Source: Octopus sinensis (lineage: Eukaryota). From it: 64,000 bases of DNA. The stretch's first letter is position 1; each line of letters opens with the position of its first letter. Shown here piece after piece: positions 55,105 to 64,000 of the stretch. The DNA lies in assembly GCF_006345805.1 (NCBI RefSeq), contig NC_043007.1:40114001-40178000 (forward strand), read 5' to 3'. Position numbers and translations under genes: made by a program. The notes under the pieces are model-generated. The model was not told the DNA's origin. It saw only the letters and a program-made list of their open reading frames with translations, and did not search any database.

Positions 55105-55298
55105 AGTAAACACATAAATGTGAAACAAGGTGGAAAAAAGAGTACTCAAATACCAGGGGTAGAGTAATATGCTTTATTTAAAAGCAGCAGAAATTCAACA
55201 AAAGCTGTTACTCTGAGTTTCACGTTCCCGTTCGTCGGACAGGAATGTGAAACTCCGAGTAACACCTTTTGTTGAATTTCTGCTGTTTTTAAATAAAG
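55105..55298. mobile_element. Palindromic element with a hammerhead-like motif (55205-55242, minus)
   Basis: Arms 55171-55223 and 55246-55298. Minus strand reads cugu-CCGACGA-ACG-ggaa-CGU-GAAA-CUCAGAG-UA-acag. Confidence 0.65.
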
Positions 55299-55354
<56 letters not shown>

Positions 55355-55732
55355 TGTATGTGTGTGTATGCATGTATGTATGTATGTATGTATGCGTGAA
55401 TATATGAATGTATGTTTGTATTTATCGGGAGCAACTCCTGAAACTTCAAAGCCAGTTTTAAAAATCAAAGCCATATACTTGAAGTAGGGTACGTATAGCA
55501 TGCAGGTATCCTCATTCCAGCTCTCTCTCTCATAAAAATGAAAGATTTGTATTAAAATCGGATTTCTTATTTGCATTCATTTATATATCTTGGGTGTGTT
55601 TTGCATGCCTTGCATTCATGCAATGAATGGTGTGTGTGCGTGAGTGTGTATGTGTGTGTATGTAAATATGTGTGTGTGTGGTGTGCATATATGTATCTTT
55701 ACATATACATGAATATATGTGCTTGTATTATT

Positions 55733-55763
<31 letters not shown>

Positions 55764-55937
55764 GTATATATTTATGTATGTATATATATATGTATGTATA
55801 TATGTATGTATATATGTATGTATATATATATATGTATGTATATATATATATATATATTCACACATGTATGTACATATATATATATATATCTGCATATATT
55901 TATGTGTATATATATATATACATATATATATATAAAG

Positions 55938-55981
<44 letters not shown>

Positions 55982-57689
55982 TATATATATGAATGTGTGT
56001 TTGTGTGTGTGTGCGCGTGTGTCTCTCTAAGTTTCTGATTCCGCTGGACTGAAACCCAGTAATTCTGTTTATTCTGTGGTTCTTTATCTCCCATAACTTA
56101 ACAGTTTGTCAAATAGCGAATGATAAAATACAAACCTGATTGAAATATGTACTGGGTTCGATTACAATTGACTGAAAATATACTTTCAATCCTTGATTGA
56201 AGGAAAGCCATGCCCCAGCATGGCCACATTCCATTGTCTGAAACCAGTAAAAGAATAAAGGGAAAAAAAAAATTAAACTGTTTGTTTGTTTGTTACTTTT
56301 TTCTTGTCACTTCACACAATAAATTTGTTGTCATATTCTAATGTTATTAATAAACAATTATAAACAGGAACAGTCATAGTTGTACGGTAAGAAGGCGGCG
56401 AGCTGGCAGAAACGTTAGCGCGCCGGACGAAATGCTGAGCGGTATTTCTGAGTTCTGAGTTCAAATTCCGCTGAGGTCGACTTTGCCTTTCATCCTTTCG
56501 GGGTCAATAAATTAAGTACCAGTTACGCGCTGGGAGTCAATGTAATCGACTTAATCCCTTTGTCTGTCCTTGTTTGTCCCCTCTATGTTTAGTCCCTTGT
56601 GAGCAATAAAGATATAAGAAGCTTGTGTGTGTGTGTGTGTGTGTATGTGTGTCTTAAGTTTCCAGGTTCAGTCCCACTGCATGGCACCTTCAGCAGGTGT
56701 CTTCTACTATAGCCTCAGGGTGACCAAAGCCTTGTGAGTGCATTTGGTAGACAGAAACTGAAAGAAGCCCATTGTATATTATATATATGTGTGTGTGTGT
56801 TTGTACGTGTTTGCTTGTGCGTTTGTGTGTGCATGTATATGTATGTATGTTTATCTATGTGTGTGTGTGTGTCTAGTTTTCCAAGTTTAGTCCCACTGCG
56901 TGGCACCTTGGGCAAGTGTGTTCTACTATAGTCTCAGGCCAACAAAAGCCTCATGAGTGGATTTGGTAGACGGAAACTGAAAGAAGCCCGTTGTCTATAT
57001 ATATATATATATAATATGCATGCGTGTCATTGTGCTTGTATTTGTTCCCCACCACCACTTGACAACCCCTTACATCCCCTTAACTTACCGGTTCGGCAAA
57101 GAGGGAAATGGAATAAGTACCAGGCTTTACAAGAAAACAATGATGTACGCAGGCTGATTCATTCGACCAAAAATTCCTCGAGGCGGTGCCTTTGCATGGC
57201 CGCAATCTGATGACTGAAACCGTAAAAGATAAAAGAATGAAATAGTAGACAGAAAAACCTTTTACATTTTAAATATTAATTGAAAGGATGTTAGGGAAGT
57301 TAGGCAGATCATAATGGTGTCTTCATGTAGCTTATGTCTTAACACTAAAGCTTGTGCTTTTGTTAGATTGATTGGTCCAATGTGGTAGTTTTGGCTGAGG
57401 AGCTACACATTGAGGCCGAAACACCATACTTTCTGAAAGCCCCCTTACATCATTGAATCGCGCGTGTTATGAACATACATCATCCATAGGGAGGGCATGT
57501 TCTCTGAAGACAGAAAAACAAAGGTGATAAGATATTCACGTTTCAATCTGCCAGAAAGTATTAAGAATAAATAAATACGTTATTGTTTTGCATGTCCCTG
57601 ATAATGTAGATGAATCATGTGATCAAAGCAACCTGGAGAATGATGGTATGGATTAGGTGTGTGGACATACGTCGTTGCAGTGTAAGGCT

Positions 57690-57920
57690 GCATCCACCAT
57701 TTCTCCGTATCTGCTCGGGTCTTCCTGGGCAACCCTCTTAGTAATGTTCCATCTCACTCAGCAAAAAATACTTCTTCATCTGCCGTGACCATGAGCCGTC
57801 ATCCCAGTCGAATCCTCAGAGAAGAAGAGAAAACAGTATTGAGGATTCAACTCGGAAAATTGAGCAACATGACCAAACAGTCTGAGCTGATGCTTCCGAA
57901 TTATATAAGTAATATGTATG
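57690..57920 (-). pseudogene. RTE LINE 3' fragments
   Basis: IIRKHQLRLFGHVAQF and GLPRKTRA resemble RTE C-termini. Confidence 0.5.
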
Positions 57921-58242
57921 ATTTGGGGTGAGACAAAGCTGAAATATCCCACGCAAAATGTATGTTCAATAACATTTAAGTTGAAGTGGATGACAAGAAG
58001 CAGGGGAAGATAAGGAACATAGATGATAACTGGAAGTATCGATGAAACGACCCTCCTAGAGATCAAATCTATTTCTGGAATCTTGTTTCAACAAGACAGC
58101 TTGTAACATGATGGCAGAATGTTATAGTAGATAGAGCCATAAAAGCTAAGAGACAGGATTAGAAAGACTGGAAAAGGAACAATGCTGAGTGGTTAGAAGA
58201 GAAGTTATAAATTGTATGGAGAGATATCGTCGAAGAAAAGTA

Positions 58243-59508
58243 TTGGGTTGTCCGGAAAGTTCGTGCCAATTTATAGTAGCCTACCTTTCGACGAACATGG
58301 TTGGGTTCATAAAATAGGATTTGACTACACCTTCATTTAGAGCACAGCTATCTTTTCGTGGAAGAAGGTTTATGTTCCTATAACCTGTCTTAATTCTGTA
58401 ACCCTTTAAAATGGAAGATAAGAAAGTTCCTTTTCGGCACTTGATGCTTTTTCTGTATAGGGAAAAAATATCTCACAAGCCACCAAAGAAATATGCGCAG
58501 TTTACGGTGATGTTTCTTTATCCGAAAGAACTGTACTGAAGTAGCTCTCTAGGTTCCGAGCTTGAGATTGTAGTTTTATTGATAAAGAGCGATCAGGCAG
58601 ACCATCCACTACAGATGATGACCAAATCAAGTCATTAATTGAGAATAACCCACATTGCTCAACCCGAGAATTGGCAGAAAGCCTCAACCTATCAAAATCC
58701 GTCGTTCATGAGCACCTGGTAAAGCTTGGGTACACAAATTGCTACGATGTTTGGGTACCATATGAGTTGAGTGAGAAGAACCTTTTGGATCGTATTTCCA
58801 TCTGTGATTCACTTTATAAGCCGAATGAAAACGCGCCTTTTTTTAAGCAAATTGTGACAGGTGATGAGAAATGGATTATCTACCGAAATGTTCAGAGAAA
58901 GCGATCCTGGAGTAAGCGACACAAACCACCCTTAGCCACCCCTAAAGCGGGTCGTCACCCTAAAAAAGTCTTGTTTTGTGTCTGGTGGCATTGGAAAGGA
59001 ATTCTGTACTATGAGCTTCTCCCAAGTAACCAGACAATTAATTCTGAAAAATACTGCACACAACTGGACGAGTTAAAAGCAGTAATTCAAGAGAAACATC
59101 CAGAATTGGCCAACAGGAAGGGTGTTGTTTTCCTACATGATAATGCAAGGCCGCACGTTTCTTTGGGAACCAGACAAAAATTGCTGCAGCTCGGCTGGGA
59201 TGTGTTACCCCACCCTCCATATTCACCAGATATTGCTCCTTCGGATTTCCACTTATTTAGGTTTCTGTAGAATAGTCTTAATGGTAAAAATTTCAATTCC
59301 TTGGATGATGTACAAAGATACCTTGATGAATTTTTCGCCATGAAACCACCTCAATTCTGAGAAGAGGGTATTTTCAAGTTAAAGGAAAGATGGAGACGCA
59401 TTGTGCAACAAAATGGTTCATATTTGGTTGATTAAAAATGTAATGGCAAGTATTTATTGACATTTTTCTTTCCTTTAAAAATCGGCACGAACGTTCCGGA
59501 CAACCCAA
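58243..59508 (+). mobile_element. Full-length DD34D mariner (1266 bp), transposase pseudogenised
   Basis: 28-bp TIRs ttgggttgtccggaaagttcgtgccaat (2 mismatches between ends), TA on both sides. CDS relic 58411-59435 with IVTGDEKW, FLHDNARPH and YSPDIAPSDFHLF (34 residues between D2 and D3); frameshift and stops. Confidence 0.95.
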
Positions 59509-59939
59509 TATATACAAAATGACATCGGCAAACTAGGTCTCACCTATTCTGAGAAGTAAGATGTATAGCAATGCTACTATAAGAGACTGTTGAATGAGAA
59601 GAAAGTGTGTGGAGGAGAGACAGAGGCAGAGAGTCATGGAGACAGAAAGACAAAGAGAGACAGAGAGAGAGAGAAAGACTACATCAAATAGATACAAAAG
59701 TGGGACCAGGTATTTAAGCTGACAGCTATACTTTTAAAAATGCTACTCTATATATGTTCGTGTGTGTGTGTGCGAAGGCAGAGAAAGCCACTGGACTGAT
59801 CACGAGTAGTCACTGACAAGTTGAAAATATTCAAAGAAATGCGCCAAGTGCTACTCATTCGTCAGGCGATTCGTTTAATACATGGCGATGTCATAAACAA
59901 TGACTATCGTAGAATCTACAGACATTACTTTATTGTTTT

Positions 59940-61081
59940 GTCAACTCTTGTTTCCAAACTGACGTCCGTTCTGTTTCAGGCACTGTTGACAACGCAAAGC
60001 AATGGAATCGCAAACATCACGAAACAATTCGTTTGGTATTTGTGTGCATTCTCGTTCAATGGCTGCTCTCAAATCAGCGACTGTTTTAGGTTTCATAGTG
60101 TAGACTTTGTCTTTTAGGTATCCCCATAAAAAAAAAAGTGGTGTGAGGTCTGATGAACACGGAGGATATTCAACGAAACCCCTTCGTGAAATCCACCTGT
60201 TTGGCAAGGTCTCATCAAGGAAAGCTCTAACATTGCGATGGTAGCGTGAGGGTTCCCCATCTTTCTGAAAATAAAACTCCTCATCTTCAAAGTCTTCGCT
60301 AATGCTTGGCATGACAGACTGTTGCAGCAAGTTCAGTAAACGGGACTAGTCACAGTAGGGTAAAAAAAAAATTTTTAAACGTCCAGTTAATCCTCTTGAT
60401 GATGAGTAACACCACGCTGTAACTCCTGATAAATTAACACGGTGTTTCACCATAACATGCGGATTCTCAGGTCCCCAATAGGTACTACTGTGGCGGTTAA
60501 TTGAACCATTTAATTTGAATGTGACCTTATCACTACACAATTTTTATTAGAAAGTGTGCATCTTCTACACATCGCAATCCTGCACTCTTCGGTCTGGATC
60601 ATCGTCATCAATAGCATGGACTAATCTTGAACCGTAACTTTTTCATTGACAACGCTTCAAAATGCGCTGGACAGATGATTTTGTAAATGCTTACATCACG
60701 ACTCGCTTGCCGCACAGATTTTCTTGGAGTTTGGTGGTACGTTTTCAGCATTCCTTCTTGCTTTGTTGGGGGTTGTCGATGTTCGTGTTCTTCCGAAACG
60801 CTTCTCGTAGACATTCTAAACAGTTCCATCGGCTTCAAACCTATCTCTAATTCGAGTGATACTAAGTCGCGTTGGTGGATCTATTTGAGACTCCCTCCTA
60901 AACTGTCTTTGCACTTCAACTGCGTTTTCACACTTCCAGTAGCATTTTAGAATGAATTTCCTTTGTTCAAAGCTTATTCTGACTGCCATCATTAATTCCA
61001 ATGGGTTTAATCTGAAAAGAAAAAAACATCAACTGAGTTATCAGCTGCTAAATTGTGTATCCATTTTTTGAGGACACCCTA
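59940..61081 (-). mobile_element. Degraded rosa-like (DD41D-spacing) Tc1/mariner element; only the 5' TIR is visible
   Basis: [35 protein letters not shown] and FQKDGEP..RWISRRG..PPCSSDLTPL-FFLWGYLKDKVY (41 residues to the position of the deleted third D). End tagggtgtcctcaaaaaatggatacacaattt. Confidence 0.8.
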
Positions 61082-61448
61082 TACACACACATACACACAC
61101 ACACACACATATATATATATACATATATAGGGAAGGTGCGTGGCTAGGGTATTCGGCTCACAATCGTAAGGTCGTGAGTTCGATTCCCAGTGGTGTGTCG
61201 TGTTCTTGAGCAAGGCACTTTATTTCACTGTGCTCCAGTATACTCAGCTGGCAAAAATGAGTGGTACCTGTATTTCAAATAGCCAGTCTTGTCACATTCT
61301 GAGTGACGCTGAATCTCCCTGAAAACTACGTTAAGGGTACGCGTGACTCTGGAATGGTCAGCCACTTGTAGTTAATTTCACGAGCAGGCCGTTTCCGTTA
61401 ATCGGATCAACAGGCTCGACGGAGTGCCAGTTAATGTGTGTGTGTATA

Positions 61449-62337
61449 CGTGGTCTGATCAATAAGTATCCAGACTGTTGCCATAGTAACGAAACTAAAT
61501 CACGCAGCGTAAAGCCGTTTGGGACAGATTAACCTTGAACTCTACTGTGCATAAGCTCTAAGTTTTAACGTTCTAGCTCACTTCTGATTTTTACAGCAGT
61601 GCTTGGAAGGAACGTGTGTAGCGTGTGATCATCGCATTGACCATGAAAGAGAAAAGTAAGCAGAGAATCTGCATCAAACTTTGCCAAAAGATTAGGAATA
61701 TCTGCTCAGAGGCCATTCGCCAAGTTTTCAAAAAGTGTTCACCGTTCTCAACACAATCAAGGAGATCTTGTGCAACTGAAACCTGGATGTCTTTTCGGTC
61801 AGCTGAAAGCAGTCTTGGCACAAATATGGCAGACACGCGTCTCAACCAAATTTTCAGTGATAATGGACTGAACTGAACCGTAATTAATCTGTACATCCTT
61901 TGATAACTCACGGATGGTGGTTCGTCGATTTTTCCACACAACTACGCTCACATCTGCGATGTTCTCTGTTTTGCTGGTTGCGGGTCTCCCAGAACGTTCG
62001 TCACTATCGACATTTTTCAGCCATCTTGGAAACGTCTGAACAACTCGTACACTTGTGTGCAGCTCATACACTCCTCTCCATACACTTTCTGCAACTTTGC
62101 GTAGGCCTCTGAGCAGGTATTGCGATGAAAACTTTCCCTGTTATAGTTAATGCGACGATCACATGCAACACACGTTCCACCCAAGCACTGCTGTAAACAG
62201 CGGAAGTGAGCTAGAACGTTAAAGCTTAGTGTGCATGCCAAGCAGAGTCTAAGGTCAATCTGTGCCAAGCGGCTTTATTCTGCGTGCATAGCTTCGTTAT
62301 TATGGCAACAGTCCGGATACTTATTGATCAGACCTCG
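61449..62337. mobile_element. Mariner derivative made of two inverted 5' ends (889 bp)
   Basis: TA-CGTGGTCTGATCAATAAGTATCC ... GGATACTTATTGATCAGACCTCG-TA. Left arm 61449-61714 encodes a transposase start on plus (EKSKQRICIKLCQK); the right part encodes a longer N-terminus on minus (TCSEAYAKLQKVYGEECMS..DERSGRP). Confidence 0.85.
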
Positions 62338-62383
62338 TATATGTACACACACACACATAATTACTATGAAGTATTGTGTAGAA

Positions 62384-62626
62384 TATATAGAATAAAGGAT
62401 CGTGGATAAGGGCAGAATAATGCGAAGCAAATGCAAGGCAAATCACAAGGTTTAATGTAGACTTATCTTACATTCAATATTTCGGGGTTATGACCCCATT
62501 TTCAAGAAATTAACGACTACATGCAAGTTAAGTCTACAGTAATTCATATATTTGTTTTCTTGAGATTTGCATTGCATTTACTTCGCATTGTTCTGGCCTT
62601 ACCCACGATCCTTTATACAATATATA
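62384..62626. mobile_element. Palindromic element with about 66-bp arms and a U3-A8 hammerhead-like motif (62473-62508, minus)
   Basis: Arms 62384-62449 and 62559-62626. Minus strand reads uuc-UUGAAAA-U-GGGG-ucauaa-CCCC-GAAA-UAU-U-gaa. Confidence 0.65.
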
Positions 62627-62628
62627 TA

Positions 62629-63138
62629 GCGTAATTCCTCGAGTATAATCCGAATTTCCCCCCAAATTTAAAGGTCAAAATCCCTAGTGCGTGTTATACA
62701 CGAGGTTAAAAATGAAAATTATTTTCTAAGCAGTGTTCAATTCTCTATTTGCTGGCCGGCAATGTTTATTCAGACGCAGTTTGAGATGTCGGGCGCGAAA
62801 ATACCTTAAGCTAAGCCTGAAAGCAATGAAGTCATAAAAGAATCATCCATAACTTGCAGTAAGCAACATTTATTAAACGTTATTACTGTTATTTCTTTAT
62901 TTTCTGCAAACAAATTGCACAAAAATGCTACACATTTGCATTATGTTATATATATAATAATAATAAAGGACGTTACCGTATACATTTTTACAAACCAAGG
63001 ACGTTATACAGACCTCCTTGACTCAAGTTAGAGAAGGGGTGCGTATTATACACAAGGTTTAGGTTTTTCAGAGGTACAGCCCCCTAAAAATCCTCTGCGT
63101 ATTATACTCAAGGGCGGACTATACTCGAGGATTTACGG
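62629..63138. mobile_element. Tc1/mariner-superfamily (pogo-like) MITE
   Basis: TA-gcgtaattcctcgagtataatccg ... gcggactatactcgaggatttacgg-TA inverted ends. Confidence 0.75.
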
Positions 63139-64000
63139 TATATCAATGTGATATGCAATAACCACTCCAAATAACTGTATTTATTTGCATATTATGAACA
63201 GTTAAGAAATCTGCGTCTTTCAGTACACATTTAAATATCTGAAAATGTTTCCAGGGTTTTGCTTTGGAATATCTGTCACTCGAACGGTAAATCATGTTGA
63301 AATAAGCGTTTTTGATTCATTTAAATTATATATCAGTCTTAAAAGTACATATAGGCGCAGGAGTGGCTATATAGGCGCAGGAGTGGCTGTGTGGTAAGTA
63401 GCTTGCTAACCAACCACATGGTTCCGGGTTCAGTCCCACTGCGTGGCACCTTGGACAAGTGTCTCCTACTATAGCTTCGGGCCGAACAATGCCTTGTGAG
63501 TGGATTTGGTAGACGGAAACTGAAAGAAGCCTGTCGTATATATGTATATGTGTGTGTATGTGTTTGTCCCCCTGGTGTGTTTACGTCCCCGTCACTTAGC
63601 GGTTCGGCAAAAGAGACCGATAGAATAAGTACTGGGCTTACAAAGAATAAGTCCCGGGTTCGATTTGCTCGACTAAAAGGCTAAATGACTGAAACAAGTA
63701 AAAGAGAGAAAAAAAGAGAGAAAGACATCAAATATCAATTGAGTGTCCCTAAACAGAGAGACTGGCCGCGTTACAGGGGAACGAATCTCCCAGGGTACTC
63801 AGCTCCAGTTCTTACATTTATAAATATCAGTTATGAAGTCAGAGGAGTGTTTCAAGTTTGAGAATGTCAAATTGTGGTATTTTGTTGAATTCTCATCAGA
63901 GTTTTTTCTATTTCATTGTGCCAAATATATATATAAATATATATGTGTTTGTGTGCGTGCGTGCGTGTGTGTGTGTGTACATGTGTGTGCGTGCATGAGT

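Noticed and set aside
58671-59270. Domesticated SETMAR-like gene
   Set aside because: Bounded by TIRs and TA duplication, with a frameshift and premature stops; no SET domain or splice sites.

Overview
Repeat-saturated, AT-rich animal DNA with one 100-N scaffold gap. The tRNA-derived SINE families and microsatellite load point to an octopus genome; this is recognition from sequence style, not a database result. I can support one host gene: a spliced + strand gene (coding exons 46991-47085 and 49656-50349) for a 262-aa single-pass membrane protein with almost no ectodomain and a tyrosine-motif-rich tail, resembling transmembrane adaptor proteins. The rest is mobile DNA: three tRNA-derived SINE families, often as dimers, multimers and nests; LINE remnants (CR1, RTE, R4/Dong-like, HERO-like, Tx1-like); several Tc1/mariner elements; two Helitron-like copies; a solo LTR with a heat-shock-element-like motif next to its TATA box; and many foldback elements. 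Main hunt results: (1) about ten minimal type I hammerhead-ribozyme folds, several inside inverted-repeat, probably Penelope-derived elements; (2) the adaptor-like orphan gene; (3) retroelements sitting in specific microsatellites; (4) large palindromes, one with a telomere-repeat loop and one a local inverted duplication. Almost all ORFs in the supplied track are microsatellite or antisense-to-repeat artefacts. All alignments and folds were done by eye.
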